Positions 24,618-35,282 of a DNA stretch of 64,000 nt are shown piece by piece. The notes below the pieces were generated by a model that saw nothing but the letters and a program-made list of their open reading frames with translations, was not told the DNA's origin and made no database searches. The DNA comes from Mageeibacillus sp. UBA6980 (GTDB lineage Bacteria; Bacillota; Clostridia; Saccharofermentanales; Saccharofermentanaceae): the NCBI GenBank assembly GCA_002450095.1, contig DJYK01000026.1:17781-81780 (forward strand). The letters are read 5' to 3'. Within the stretch, counting starts at the first letter, position 1, and each line of letters begins with the position of its first letter. The translations under genes and the position numbers were made by a program.

Positions 24618-25577
24618 ATGAAGAGAAAGTTAATGGCAGTCGCAATGAGCGTTGCAGTAGCAGCAACTCTTTTTGCAGGTTGCGCACAGTCGGATTTGAA
24701 TTCCGAAGAGTCCGGTGCATCTGAATCCCAGGGGGAGTCTGTTTACCCTCTCACACTTACTGATGCTTACGGAAATGTAGTTACGGTTGAGGAAGAACCC
24801 GAGACCATTGTCACCGTATCTCCCGCTTTGACTGAGATAGTATATGCTTTGGGCGGTGAGGATAAACTCATCGGAAGAAGCGAAGTCGATGATTATCCTG
24901 AAGCGGTTTTTGATGTTCAGAGCGTAGGCGATATCGCTATGCCCGATACCGAACTTATCGTATCTCTCGATCCCGATGTTGTTCTCGCGTCTTCTATCTT
25001 CAGCGAGGAAGCTTACAACGCACTGACTGATGCGGGTATCACTGTTGTCATCATAAAGGATGAGTCCGATCTTGACGGCATGTTCGAATATGTAACTACA
25101 ACGGCAGACGTCATCGGACTTCACGAAGAAGGATTGGCACTTGCAGATCAGATGGAAGCCGATCTTGCCGAGATCGAGGCCGAAGTTCAGGATACGATCG
25201 CAGGCGACGATATCACTGTTTATTACTGCATGACTTACGGCGAAATGGGCGATTTCACTGCTGGCGGCGATACATTTATCAATGACATTATCGAAGCGGC
25301 CGGATGCGTTAACGCTGCAGGCGATGTCGAAGGCTGGTCCTATTCAGCCGAACAGCTTCTCGAAGCAGATCCTGACATCATTCTTGTTCCTTCTTGGGGT
25401 TACGATGCTTTCCTCGAGACAGAGCCTTATACGGAGCTTACTGCCGTACAGCAGGGAAGGGTGTTGTCCGTTGACAATAATCTCTTCGAGAGGGTAGGAC
25501 CTCGTAATATTGATGCAGTAAGGACTGTTTACGAGTTCGCTGTTGACGCCAATGCCGTAGCTCATGCAGGGGCATAA
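24618..25577 (+). CDS. ABC importer substrate-binding lipoprotein (BtuF/FhuD-type, Peripla_BP_2)
   Basis: Lipobox LFAGC. IVTVSPALTEIVYALGGEDKLIG. ATG 24618 lies 7 nt after GGAGGA. Confidence 0.75.
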   Translation: MKRKLMAVAMSVAVAATLFAGCAQSDLNSEESGASESQGESVYPLTLTDAYGNVVTVEEEPETIVTVSPALTEIVYALGGEDKLIGRSEVDDYPEAVFDVQSVGDIAMPDTELIVSLDPDVVLASSIFSEEAYNALTDAGITVVIIKDESDLDGMFEYVTTTADVIGLHEEGLALADQMEADLAEIEAEVQDTIAGDDITVYYCMTYGEMGDFTAGGDTFINDIIEAAGCVNAAGDVEGWSYSAEQLLEADPDIILVPSWGYDAFLETEPYTELTAVQQGRVLSVDNNLFERVGPRNIDAVRTVYEFAVDANAVAHAGA

Positions 25578-26616
25578 TAAAGACCACGACAGATTACTTA
25601 TAAAGTTTATTATCGCCGCCATCATGCTATGCTGCGTGATGGCGGTGTCGTGCTGTCTCGGAAGTTCCGGGATAACGTTGAGCGATGTTATCAGATACTT
25701 TACCGGAAGATCTGAAGAATTATCCCGCACGACTGTGACGATACTCGGAAGGATAAGAGTTCCGCGTACCGTGACAGCCGCGCTCGTAGGGGGTGCTCTC
25801 GCGACGGTCGGATGCGTGATGCAGGGGCTCTTTCGCAATGCGATGGCGGATCCGTCTGTCTTAGGTATCAGCAGCGGAGCCGCATTGGGTGCCGCAGTTG
25901 CCATCGTTACCGGCCTTAACGGAGTGATAATCTGGGAGGCCTTCACCGGGGCTTACATAGGTGCCGTCATCGGGGCGGCGGTTACATGGCTCATGGTGTT
26001 CGTCATTGCATCTCATAACGGCAGATACGATACGTCATCCACACTTTTGGCGGGGATAGCGATATCGTCGCTGATGAGCGCACTAATAACCGTGCTCATG
26101 ACGCTTCACATGGAGCAGATGGAACGTGTCTATCTTTGGATGCTCGGGACTTTCTCGGCATCGACGACGGGCAAGACGCGTCTGCTTCTTATCGTGGTTG
26201 CAGCACTGATGCCGGTAGTGATATTTATCGCTCCGAGGATAGACGTTCTTAAACTCGGAAGGGAGGCTGCTCAGACGCTGGGTGTCAACTATAAGGGAAC
26301 TTTGCTCATCGCATTGGGAGCCTGCTCGTGCCTTCTGGCATTCTGTGTCGCGAACTCGGGGATCATCGGATTTGTAGGTCTCATCATCCCTCATATAGTC
26401 TCGTTCTTTAAGGTTACGCGCATGAGGGGAAGAGTGATCATGAGCTTCATGACGGGTGCCGTGTTTATGGTCCTCGCGGATACGATCTGTAAGACCATTG
26501 TCGCTCCGGGCGAACTCGCGATAGGAGCGGTCACGAGTCTTATAGGTGCGCCGTACTTCCTGTTCCTTCTTATCGGAAGCAGGATCAGGAGTAAGAAAGA
26601 GAAGGTGAGCCTGTGA
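25564..26616 (+). CDS. FecCD-family ABC importer permease
   Basis: GGALATVGCVMQGLFRNAMADPSVLGISSGAALG and multiple TM helices. Confidence 0.85.
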   Translation: MQGHNKDHDRLLIKFIIAAIMLCCVMAVSCCLGSSGITLSDVIRYFTGRSEELSRTTVTILGRIRVPRTVTAALVGGALATVGCVMQGLFRNAMADPSVLGISSGAALGAAVAIVTGLNGVIIWEAFTGAYIGAVIGAAVTWLMVFVIASHNGRYDTSSTLLAGIAISSLMSALITVLMTLHMEQMERVYLWMLGTFSASTTGKTRLLLIVVAALMPVVIFIAPRIDVLKLGREAAQTLGVNYKGTLLIALGACSCLLAFCVANSGIIGFVGLIIPHIVSFFKVTRMRGRVIMSFMTGAVFMVLADTICKTIVAPGELAIGAVTSLIGAPYFLFLLIGSRIRSKKEKVSL

Positions 26617-27311
26617 ACCTCGTGATGGAGAACGTAACCGTAAGCTACGGCGATATCAGAGTCCTCTCGGATGTCTCGCATACATTTAAAGAAGGCAAGA
26701 TAACCATCCTTCTGGGACCTAACGGCTGCGGCAAGAGTACTTTTATCAAGGCCATAGTAAGAAAGTACGCGAAGACGGGGGTGCTGTCTTATATCCCGCA
26801 GGAGATGTACGGGCAGATCGGACTTACGGTGGAAGATACCGTTGCTCTCGGAAGATATGATCCGAAGAAGTTTATATCCGGGGAGACAGAGGAAGACATA
26901 AAGTATATCGACGATGCTCTGTCTTCTATGGAGTTAGCCGACAAGAGATATCTTATTTACGATGATCTGTCAGGAGGAGAGAAGCAGCGCGCGATGGCCG
27001 CCCGTGCGATCTGTCAGGACGCGCCGTGGTTTATCATGGATGAGCCGTCCTCAAACCTCGATATAGTTCACAGCAAGCATATTATGGACACTGCCGTAAA
27101 CCTCGTATCACAGAAGGGCAAATCATTCATAATAGTGATGCATAACATCAACGATGCCGTGCGTTACGGCGACGAATTCGTTCTGATGAGAGACGGCAGG
27201 ATAATCAAGGTCTGCGATAAATTGGACAGCGATTCTCTGAAGGCGGTGTTCGGCACTGATTTTGAATCCGTCAGGACTTCTTCGGGGCGCGAATTATTCT
27301 TTGCCGGATGA
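26613..27311 (+). CDS. ABC importer ATP-binding protein
   Basis: Walker A GPNGCGKST, signature LSGGEKQR, Walker B FIMDEPSS. Confidence 0.85.
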   Translation: MNLVMENVTVSYGDIRVLSDVSHTFKEGKITILLGPNGCGKSTFIKAIVRKYAKTGVLSYIPQEMYGQIGLTVEDTVALGRYDPKKFISGETEEDIKYIDDALSSMELADKRYLIYDDLSGGEKQRAMAARAICQDAPWFIMDEPSSNLDIVHSKHIMDTAVNLVSQKGKSFIIVMHNINDAVRYGDEFVLMRDGRIIKVCDKLDSDSLKAVFGTDFESVRTSSGRELFFAG

Positions 27312-29412
27312 GAAGGTAGAAGATAAGACAGACCGCGATAATGACCGAGGCTTCCCATGTGCCCTCGGGACCGAATGCACTTCCGGTATATGTGGTGGAT
27401 ATTAAGGATGCCGTCTCGCTGTTGCCGCTTACGGACAGGCCGAAGATGCTCCCCTGGAACAGATTCCACATCGTGTGACAGGCGCAGGTTATGAGGATGT
27501 TTCCGGTATCGATATAGATGAGGGCGAACAGCACCGCGAGAAGGAATATGTTTATAAGTGCCGTCAGCGAGAATCCTCCGTTAAATCCGTGGAACAAAGA
27601 GAACAGGACAGAGGAGACGATTACCGCCGTCGCATTCTTATATGCGGGCATTATGGCAGTGATGCGGTCGATCATGAATCTTCTGAACAGAAATTCCTCG
27701 GCCGATCCCTGCGGTATCCACATAAGCACGGAAAAGGCGAAAATCATTATGTTCTCCTTATTAAGCCCGAACCCTCCGGGAACTGCCTTGTGAGTGATGA
27801 TGAGAAATATATATACGAATGTCATCATCAATGCCCCGGAAACGGCGCCCTTCAGATATGAAGGGAAGAGGTCTCCCGGAGTCGTTACGCTGACAGTGCC
27901 TCTCGTTCTTATTATGCATGCGATAATGATGAGGATATAACTTACCGACATAAGACCTAAGAACTTCGGATCGCTCATGAAGATGTTTATTATCTCCATT
28001 GTCTTGTTTATGATATCCGGTACGCTCGTTACCTCGGAAAGATCAGCAATGAATTCGGAATATGAAGGGTCTCTCATATAAGAGATGACTACGGGGATCA
28101 TCGCGATAAGCTGGAATATCGAGAGCGTGACCATTGGATATATGATGACGTCGATAAATCCCGTTATGATATCTCCTGCTTTGCTTAAAGGTCCCGGTGC
28201 CTTAACTTCGTTCTCGTCTTCGGAGCTTACGGTCCTTACAGTGAACTTCTCGTTTTTAAGAAGGACGGAACTTACGTAAACGACCGCTGCTCCCAGCATG
28301 ACGGTCAACACCGAACAGATCAGCGCCGGCAGGATATCGACCGTCCCGTTAAATGCATTTCCGAATCCGTAGAACTGCCCGTAAACGGGAAGCCAGGAGT
28401 ACACGTCCCTCGACGATTCCTCGCCGTTTATACATGTAACGAGTATCGTAAGGATAATAAAGAATATCGGGAGAAATGCGGTCTGGGCGGAAGTGACAGA
28501 GTCGTTCATAACCGATATGAGTACTGTTATCGCCGATATGAAGAACGCCAGGCTCACCGCCAGGATCAGGGCGGGGATGACGGATTCCGGGTGCCTGTAT
28601 GGCGGGATGAGAAAAGAGATGATAAGAACGATCAGTGCCGGGATCATCGAGCTTATGAATACGCCCTTTGTAAAGGATATAATGATGTTTTTTCGAGGGA
28701 CCGGGGTCAGAAGTATCCTCGAGAAAGTTCCTCTCTCTTTTTGTCCCGATATGGCTTCGGTGCCCGTTGACATGCCTGAATACATTAATGTGATAAAGAG
28801 GAGGATGGGGATGAAGTTGTTGCCCATCGACCTCGCGAAATGCGTCGCGAAAGTCTCGTTCTGCGCGGTCGGAATGTCTGCGCTTATGACTTCCCAGGTG
28901 TTGCTCGTATCGGGGATATCGAATCTGTCGATGAGAAATGTCCGGTAGTCTTCGAGGTATCCGTCACGCACAAGATCCCTTATGTATTTGTAGTCCGTAC
29001 TGTCCGTTCTGTAATAAGTAAGAATATCGGCATTGGCGCCGGAAATGATCTGTTCGTCAAAATCATCGGGGAAGAAGATGACAACGCCCGCGGCATTCTT
29101 GTGCATAAACTCGGACATGGCAAGAAAGTCAAACGGTGCATCGAACTGTTCGTAGTAGATCTTTGAATCCGAAGGCTCGCTTTCCGTGAACTTAATGAAT
29201 GAAGAAGGCGCATTAACGACAACGATGGAGCCCGAAGACTTCACGTAATCGTTGAATCCGAAGAACGACAGCAATGCCGAGAACATCGCGACTATACAGG
29301 TGAAGACGAAGCCTATGGCAAGAAACAGCGTAGTACCGCAGACTTCGGTGCTGCCGCGTCCGCTCCTGAAGATCATGTTCTTCGTTATAGCCTGTCCCTT
29401 ATTCTTCGACAT
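27271..29412 (-). CDS. ABC-2 type permease fused to a C-terminal CPBP (CAAX-like) intramembrane protease domain
   Basis: Polytopic N-half like NatB/ABC-2 permeases. C-half has the CPBP motifs EEFLFRRF, FSLFHG and HTMWN. Confidence 0.7.
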   Translation of the reverse strand: MSKNKGQAITKNMIFRSGRGSTEVCGTTLFLAIGFVFTCIVAMFSALLSFFGFNDYVKSSGSIVVVNAPSSFIKFTESEPSDSKIYYEQFDAPFDFLAMSEFMHKNAAGVVIFFPDDFDEQIISGANADILTYYRTDSTDYKYIRDLVRDGYLEDYRTFLIDRFDIPDTSNTWEVISADIPTAQNETFATHFARSMGNNFIPILLFITLMYSGMSTGTEAISGQKERGTFSRILLTPVPRKNIIISFTKGVFISSMIPALIVLIISFLIPPYRHPESVIPALILAVSLAFFISAITVLISVMNDSVTSAQTAFLPIFFIILTILVTCINGEESSRDVYSWLPVYGQFYGFGNAFNGTVDILPALICSVLTVMLGAAVVYVSSVLLKNEKFTVRTVSSEDENEVKAPGPLSKAGDIITGFIDVIIYPMVTLSIFQLIAMIPVVISYMRDPSYSEFIADLSEVTSVPDIINKTMEIINIFMSDPKFLGLMSVSYILIIIACIIRTRGTVSVTTPGDLFPSYLKGAVSGALMMTFVYIFLIITHKAVPGGFGLNKENIMIFAFSVLMWIPQGSAEEFLFRRFMIDRITAIMPAYKNATAVIVSSVLFSLFHGFNGGFSLTALINIFLLAVLFALIYIDTGNILITCACHTMWNLFQGSIFGLSVSGNSETASLISTTYTGSAFGPEGTWEASVIIAVCLIFYLLIRQRIIRAPKKS

Positions 29413-30133
29413 GTGCCTCCACGTATATCTTAAAGAATGCTTCTTCGAATGTCTCGGAGCCGCTTGCCGATGTCAGTTCGTCAACCGTTCCCTGTGCCGC
29501 GATCCTTCCGTCAACGAGTATCGCTATCTCGTCACACAGACTCTCGGCGACCGAGAAGATATGTGTCGAGAGGATGATCGCGTGCCCCTCGTTCTTAAGC
29601 TCGAGCAGATAGTCTGTGACCTGCTTGCTCGTTAATATATCGAGACCGTTGGTAGGCTCATCGAATATGATCACCGGGGGATTATGGATGAGGCTTATCG
29701 CGATGGACGCTTTCTGCTTCATACCCGTCGATAATTCGTTTATCCTCTTCTTTCTGAACGGCATTATCCCGAGTTTATTGAATATCTCTTCCTTGCGCTT
29801 TAATGACTTCTCCTTAGGGATGTCGTAAAGCTCGCCGAAGAAGTCCCAGAGTTTATCCGGGGTGGACATCGGATCGAGCCTGACTTCTGTCGTGAGATAA
29901 CCTATCCTTCGGTGTATCTCGAGAAGGTCCTTGTCCGCACTGAGTCCGTCGATCAGGATGGTGCCCGAGGTCGGCTTAAGAAGAGTTGAGATCATCTGCA
30001 TAAGCGTCGTCTTTCCGGCACCGTTAGGCCCCAGAAGACCGAAGATCATTCCGTCCTTTACTTCGAAGCTTACGCCCTTGATTATCTCCTTGTCTTTCGA
30101 GTAACTCTTGTGCACATCGGTTACGGTTATCAA
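29399..30133 (-). CDS. ABC-2 exporter ATP-binding protein
   Basis: GPNGAGKTT, LSTGMKQK, IIFDEPTNGLD. Confidence 0.85.
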   Translation of the reverse strand: MITVTDVHKSYSKDKEIIKGVSFEVKDGMIFGLLGPNGAGKTTLMQMISTLLKPTSGTILIDGLSADKDLLEIHRRIGYLTTEVRLDPMSTPDKLWDFFGELYDIPKEKSLKRKEEIFNKLGIMPFRKKRINELSTGMKQKASIAISLIHNPPVIIFDEPTNGLDILTSKQVTDYLLELKNEGHAIILSTHIFSVAESLCDEIAILVDGRIAAQGTVDELTSASGSETFEEAFFKIYVEAHVEE

Positions 30134-31284
30134 CTTGTGTACCCCTCTTTCTTAAATGTCCGCTTCAAAAGAATGAAAGCCGTTCCGAGACCGGTCAGAA
30201 GCATCCCGATAAGCTGCCACGGCCTGTATTCCGACAAGAATACGGTCTTGATCACCGCTATGCTCCCGTGTATCGGGATGAGAAACTCCAGGCGCCCCGG
30301 GGTGCCCGTGAATATCTGAAAGAACAGATCTGCCATAAGGTAGATAAGAGGCATCTGAAGGTTAAGGATAACGTCCTTCATCCTCTTTACGGAGAAGATT
30401 ATGTTCGTGCATATGACAGCGCAGAGAAAAGCCGTGACCGGGATCACCAGTGCGATCACCATAAGCTGATCGGGAAGGAGGAATACTCCGAAAGGGATGA
30501 GTGAGTTGGCGCTGTTGGACCGGTTCAGCCACGAGGAGAGAAACAGGAAAATGAAAGTTATGTAAGAGGCGCCCGTTACGAGTAAAGAGGAGGCCAGTAT
30601 CTTCCCGAGCATTATGCTCTTCGGTGAGACCGGTGACATGAGGAGTTTGTCGTAGAAGCCCCTGTCCCTCTCGGAGGCGAACATATCGCTCGTCAGCGAG
30701 TAAATGCAGTAGTAGATAAGAAGTACGAGGACCGGGGGAATCACCCGTCCCGCTCCCTCGTTGGCCGTGGTCCTGTAATCGAGAAGTTTGATCACGGGGT
30801 TGAACCTGTCGATCTCATATACCCGGTTGCCCTGCCGTGACAGCATGTCGTTATACTCATCCATAACGACTTCTATAAAACTGTCCCGTTTGTTGATCGC
30901 GATCGCGGAATTGCCGTCGCAGCCTACATAAGCCGCTCCGGCGTTCTCGTCCCACAGCACGTATATCGAGCCGTTTCGTAATTCTCTTATAAGTTCGCCC
31001 GATTCCTGCTTGTTGGAAAATTCCTCAGGGGACAATATCACATACTCGTAAACGGTAGTTCCGTCGGTGTCCTCTATGTACTGAAGGAATGAATCCGGAG
31101 CGTTAATGACGGAGACGGGCTTCTCCTTTACAGAACCCGTGCTCATGTAGTTTATGAGGTAAGGGAAGATCCCGAGTGCCGTCATCATTACGGCAGCAGG
31201 GATTATGAACACGGCAGCAGCCCTCTTCCAATTGGAATAGACTTTAAGAATCTCCCACTTAATTATTATAAATATACCGCGCAT
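30130..31284 (-). CDS. ABC-2 type permease
   Basis: Polytopic protein. The ORF-track start at 31371 would overlap tRNA-Cys, so the internal ATG at 31284 (MRGIFIIIKWE..) is preferred. Confidence 0.65.
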   Translation of the reverse strand: MRGIFIIIKWEILKVYSNWKRAAAVFIIPAAVMMTALGIFPYLINYMSTGSVKEKPVSVINAPDSFLQYIEDTDGTTVYEYVILSPEEFSNKQESGELIRELRNGSIYVLWDENAGAAYVGCDGNSAIAINKRDSFIEVVMDEYNDMLSRQGNRVYEIDRFNPVIKLLDYRTTANEGAGRVIPPVLVLLIYYCIYSLTSDMFASERDRGFYDKLLMSPVSPKSIMLGKILASSLLVTGASYITFIFLFLSSWLNRSNSANSLIPFGVFLLPDQLMVIALVIPVTAFLCAVICTNIIFSVKRMKDVILNLQMPLIYLMADLFFQIFTGTPGRLEFLIPIHGSIAVIKTVFLSEYRPWQLIGMLLTGLGTAFILLKRTFKKEGYTS

Positions 31285-31357
31285 AAATATTATTATATAG
31301 GACAAATGGCACTTGACAAAAGCGGTCTGATTTTTGCATAATAGTCGGGCACGATTA

Positions 31358-31432
31358 GGTGCCATAGCCAAGCGGTAAGGCCAAGGTCTGCAAAACCTTT
31401 ATTCCCCGGTTCAAATCCGGGTGGCACCTCCA
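31358..31432 (+). tRNA. tRNA-Cys (anticodon GCA)
   Basis: Cloverleaf by eye: acceptor ggtgcca/tggcacc, anticodon arm aaggt-ctGCAaa-acctt, T arm cccgg-ttcaaat-ccggg, encoded CCA. Confidence 0.9.
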
Positions 31433-31442
31433 GTAAACGGCT

Positions 31443-31476
31443 CCGCAGGTATTTTCCCTGCGGGGCTTCTTTTTTA
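31443..31476 (+). terminator. Intrinsic terminator after tRNA-Cys
   Basis: ccgcagg / cctgcgg stem followed by a T-run. Confidence 0.65.
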
Positions 31477-31507
31477 CAAAGGCGAAGGAAATATTCGGGT
31501 GGATTAA

Positions 31508-32458
31508 ATGATCGAACAGAAAGTCAAAGATGTTCTTAAAAGGTACGATGAGATAGCAGGACTCATCCTTGATCAGAAGGTTGATGAGTTCGCGGATAAG
31601 ATGGATGAGAAGCCTCCCGAAGAGGATGACTTAACGTATGAACAGTACCTTCAGAGAGTCGCGATGCAGGAGACCGAGGAGCAGAGCCTTCTCATGGAGG
31701 CCGAGCCCCGTGAGGAATTGGGCGGGCTGTCGATGAACGATTATTTTGCTCAAAGATCATTTGACGAACTCGTTGAGATCCTTGAGTTCTGCGCGATGGA
31801 GCTTGACCGCGGTGTTCCGCAAAGTGTTGTAAACGCTCTTGTAAATATAGATGATTCATCGGCTGTCGAGGAATATGCCAGACATATGGTCAGGGATTCC
31901 GCTTGGCGTGATGAAGAGATGAAGGATGAAGACACGCTTTTCGAGATGGAGTTTCAGAAGGTCAAGGCAAGCCTCAAGATACTCTCGGGAAGGCATGATG
32001 CGAGTCTTATAGACGACGTCCTCGACAGGTTTATGAGTTACGAGAGCACGCACAGCTTTGTTGCCGATTCCATCGCGGAATACATAGAATCATTCCCCGA
32101 CGAATCTCCCCGGAAGATCATAGACAGGCTCGAAGAGCACAAGGACGACGGCATGGAAGGCCCCTGTGAGGACCTGATAGTTATGATCACGAATATCGGT
32201 AAAGAGAAAAAGTCCGATGAGATCTACAACGCCATAAGACTGGCTTTCAGATGTATGACCAATAAGATCTATGCGGTCATCTGTTTCGCGGATTACGGTG
32301 ACGACCGTGCAGTCCCGCTTCTTAAGAATTACATTAACCGCCATCAAAGTGACATAAGCCGCGAACTCTTCTACGAGATGATGAGCGCCATTCAGAACCT
32401 TGGAGGCAACATAGAAGACATCTCCGATCCATTCGGGGATTTTCAGAAGAAAGGCTGA
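31508..32458 (+). CDS. Acidic hypothetical protein with a possible HEAT-like C-terminal repeat
   Basis: 316 aa, Glu/Asp-rich. DYGDDRAVPLLKNY resembles PBS-lyase HEAT-like repeats (weak). Confidence 0.45.
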   Translation: MIEQKVKDVLKRYDEIAGLILDQKVDEFADKMDEKPPEEDDLTYEQYLQRVAMQETEEQSLLMEAEPREELGGLSMNDYFAQRSFDELVEILEFCAMELDRGVPQSVVNALVNIDDSSAVEEYARHMVRDSAWRDEEMKDEDTLFEMEFQKVKASLKILSGRHDASLIDDVLDRFMSYESTHSFVADSIAEYIESFPDESPRKIIDRLEEHKDDGMEGPCEDLIVMITNIGKEKKSDEIYNAIRLAFRCMTNKIYAVICFADYGDDRAVPLLKNYINRHQSDISRELFYEMMSAIQNLGGNIEDISDPFGDFQKKG

Positions 32459-32477
32459 TATATAAGGGTTTGTAACA

Positions 32478-33575
32478 GTGTTAAAGCAAAGAATCCCGGG
32501 TGTATATAAGCTTCTCGGCAGGTTAGAGGACGTAGCGTATTCGGATGATTTCATGTTCGGACATCAGAATGCGGGACACATCGGTGTGTCGATCACCAAT
32601 AAGGACGGTTCCGAGTCGGATATCAAGAATCTCGTCGGAAAGCACCCTGCCGTCGTAGGCATCGATACATTGGGATTCTATGGTTACGAAGGCAATATGG
32701 AACAGTTGGTCAGGGTTGTTAAGGAGCTTCACCGCGAAGGCTGCATAATCACCTTATCCTCGCATATGCCTAACTTCTCCCTGGGAGGAGATGATTTCTT
32801 CGATTATTCCCCGAACTTTACTGACGGCAATGTCGGATACCGTATCCTGCCGGGCGGAGATCTTAACGAGAAGTATCGAAGATTTCTCGATGCGATAGCA
32901 GAATTTGCTTCGCTTTGTGTCGATGTTGACGGCGAACCCATCCCGATGCTGTTCAGACCGTTCCATGAGGATAACGGAAACTGGTTTTGGTGGGGCAGAG
33001 AATATCTTCCGGACGACAAATATGTAACGTTATACAGATATACAGTCGATTATCTGCAGGATGAGAAGGGCGTAACGAGCTTTGCATACGCCTATTCCCC
33101 GAACGGTTTCTTCGATGATGACAAACACTATCTTCGAAGGTATCCCGGAGACGATTACATAGATGTTCTGGGCATGGACATATACCGTGACAGACCTTCA
33201 CCGGATGACGGCTTCTACGACAAGCTCAAGTCCTCTCTTCAGATCCTCTGGCAGGTATCTTTGGAGCACGGTAAACCATATGCTCTGACAGAGCTCGGCA
33301 TCAGAGTTCTCGATTCGGTCGGAGGCTACTACGAAGGCCTTGCACCGTCGGGAAATATCGTAAAGAACTTCTTCACGGAGTTTCTGGAATTCATGTGTTC
33401 CTTCGAAGCGGGGGGCAGATGTTCGTATGTCCTCACCTGGGCGAACTTCTCAGATCAGCAGTTCTGGGTGCCCTATGAGCTTAAGGACAAAGACGGAAAC
33501 GTCACCTTCAGGCACGAGATGTGCGATGACTTTATTAAGTTCGTAAGTGATCCGCACGTTATTTTGGCGCCATAG
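32478..33575 (+). CDS. Glycoside hydrolase family 26 (mannanase-like)
   Basis: LFRPFHEDNGNWFWWG signature. GTG start. No signal peptide evident. Confidence 0.75.
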   Translation: MLKQRIPGVYKLLGRLEDVAYSDDFMFGHQNAGHIGVSITNKDGSESDIKNLVGKHPAVVGIDTLGFYGYEGNMEQLVRVVKELHREGCIITLSSHMPNFSLGGDDFFDYSPNFTDGNVGYRILPGGDLNEKYRRFLDAIAEFASLCVDVDGEPIPMLFRPFHEDNGNWFWWGREYLPDDKYVTLYRYTVDYLQDEKGVTSFAYAYSPNGFFDDDKHYLRRYPGDDYIDVLGMDIYRDRPSPDDGFYDKLKSSLQILWQVSLEHGKPYALTELGIRVLDSVGGYYEGLAPSGNIVKNFFTEFLEFMCSFEAGGRCSYVLTWANFSDQQFWVPYELKDKDGNVTFRHEMCDDFIKFVSDPHVILAP

Positions 33576-33623
33576 TTTTATTGACAAGTTTTTTGCCGTG
33601 AAATAAAATTATCAGGCGAATAT

Positions 33624-33699
<76 letters not shown>

Positions 33700-33703
33700 T
33701 TGA

Positions 33704-33745
33704 AACCCCCAAGATCATTAGGTCTCGGGGGTTATTTCTTTTCTT
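33704..33745 (+). terminator. Hairpin plus T-rich tract after tRNA-Gly
   Basis: aaccccc / gggggtt stem followed by atttcttttctt. Confidence 0.5.
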
Positions 33746-33766
33746 GGAAGTAAATTTGGAAGTAAA

Positions 33767-34103
33767 TCATACGGATTTTTTTGCTGCCTCGAACAATGGT
33801 GTTACCTGCAGACGTTCAGATGCTTCCTTTAGTTCGCCGTCGATGATGTGGTTACCATACAGTTCGTGACTGGGTGTAGTCTTCGATGAATCTTTGATAA
33901 GCGACCACGAACTTGAGCTTCTCCGACATCTGATGTCCGTTCTCTATCCATTCCTTTGCTCTGTCCCGACAATCTCTCTTACCAGGCATTCCAGGAGCTC
34001 TGGAGACGAATTGCTTACGCTTACCGTCGATCATGATGGACAGAGTCCACTTCTTGTTCTTCTTATCCCACTTAGGCTGCGGGATACGGTCGATCTGATA
34101 CAT
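33767..34103 (-). pseudogene. Internally deleted tyrosine integrase remnant
   Basis: N-terminal 83 aa (..KWTLSIMIDGKRKQFVSRAPGMPGKRDCRDRAKEWIE..) are joined out of frame to a C-terminal tail HELYGNHIIDGELKEASERLQVTPLFEAAKKSV* (33767-33868) that looks like the catalytic-Tyr end. The ~250-aa catalytic core is missing. Confidence 0.65.
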
Positions 34104-34347
34104 AACTGTATCTTCGGGGATCTTTTTGTTTGCTATAAGCGAATGTATGATGTTACTTCGACAATTGTACGAGTAAGTCTAAGTATTTATCAGTCATGCC
34201 GATCTGAGACAAATCTATATCGTAAGATTCTTCATTTATTAATCTGGTCATATCCGATAATAGATTTGTTTTACTCCTTTTGTCGGGTAAACGCATCATC
34301 AACATAATAATATATGCAGATAGATCCGTATTATTTATCTCGGGGTG

Positions 34348-35046
34348 TTATGTAAGAAAACTCTTCGACAAACGTACTGGTGGAGTCATCTTTGCATTAT
34401 ATAATCTAGAGCAATGAGCACATTTGTTTCTCAACACTGATAAGCAATGTAGATGCTTTTCGAGCGTTTTGCTCGTTGTTCCACAATTTTCTGCAATGCA
34501 CTCTTTGTCTGTATTATACATTGCGGAATATAACCTTGAGAGATTGGAAAACGAGAGTAATTCTGTCATCACCCATATAGGCATCTTTCCTTCATATTTG
34601 GCCATATGGTGCTTTACAATAGGACCATCTTTATAGTAGTCTCGTTCTTTATTGAAACTCTCCATCACGCTGTTGTATACATCTTTTTTATAGAAATTCT
34701 TCTCATCGTAATGTTGATTGTGAGGTGGTTGAATGCACTCTCTTAATGCGAACCCATCGGCTATTTGTGTGCGATAATAAATCTCGCATATTTCAAGATA
34801 TCTTCGTAAAAGACTTCTTAGTTTCTCGTCGAATTTGTAAATGTGGTATAGGTGTTCCAAACTAATAGGAGAAGATAGGTCGCTAGAGTTAGTATCTTTG
34901 CGATACTGGAGAGCATATCCCGTTAATCTGTAATATCCTACGTTGTTGAGAACTAAACGAGCAAAAGACTCATCGTTAATCACTATGCCGTGAGTCCTCA
35001 ACATCTGTATCTGTTCATCGCAATTAATCGGTCTCTTCAGTTCCAT
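34348..35046 (-). CDS. Abi_2 (AbiD/AbiF-like) abortive-infection family protein
   Basis: MELKRPINCDEQIQMLRTHGIVIND..NVGYYRLTGYALQYR.. is typical of Abi-like proteins. The start could instead be 35058 or 35130. Confidence 0.65.
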   Translation of the reverse strand: MELKRPINCDEQIQMLRTHGIVINDESFARLVLNNVGYYRLTGYALQYRKDTNSSDLSSPISLEHLYHIYKFDEKLRSLLRRYLEICEIYYRTQIADGFALRECIQPPHNQHYDEKNFYKKDVYNSVMESFNKERDYYKDGPIVKHHMAKYEGKMPIWVMTELLSFSNLSRLYSAMYNTDKECIAENCGTTSKTLEKHLHCLSVLRNKCAHCSRLYNAKMTPPVRLSKSFLT

Positions 35047-35282
35047 AATTTTCTCCATATAGCAAAAAAGCTGGGTATGCACCCAGCCGGTCCCCAAGAA
35101 ATCAATCTCAGGCAACACTGTTGCATACATGGTATCAAATAAATCGTTTATAGGAACGATGCAACGTTACAATTCTGTAAATTTTTGCGATTGTAATTGT
35201 CAAGATTCGTGTAAAGTATAGCTAAATGAAAATCGTTTTGCACGGTTTGCAAGGGCCACTCTAATGGAGGGGCTCTATTTTA

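Noticed and set aside
31285-31371. N-terminal extension of the ABC-2 permease ORF (ORF-track start 31371)
   Set aside because: The extension would overlap the tRNA-Cys gene (31358-31432) on the opposite strand. The internal ATG at 31284 gives a normal hydrophobic N-terminus.
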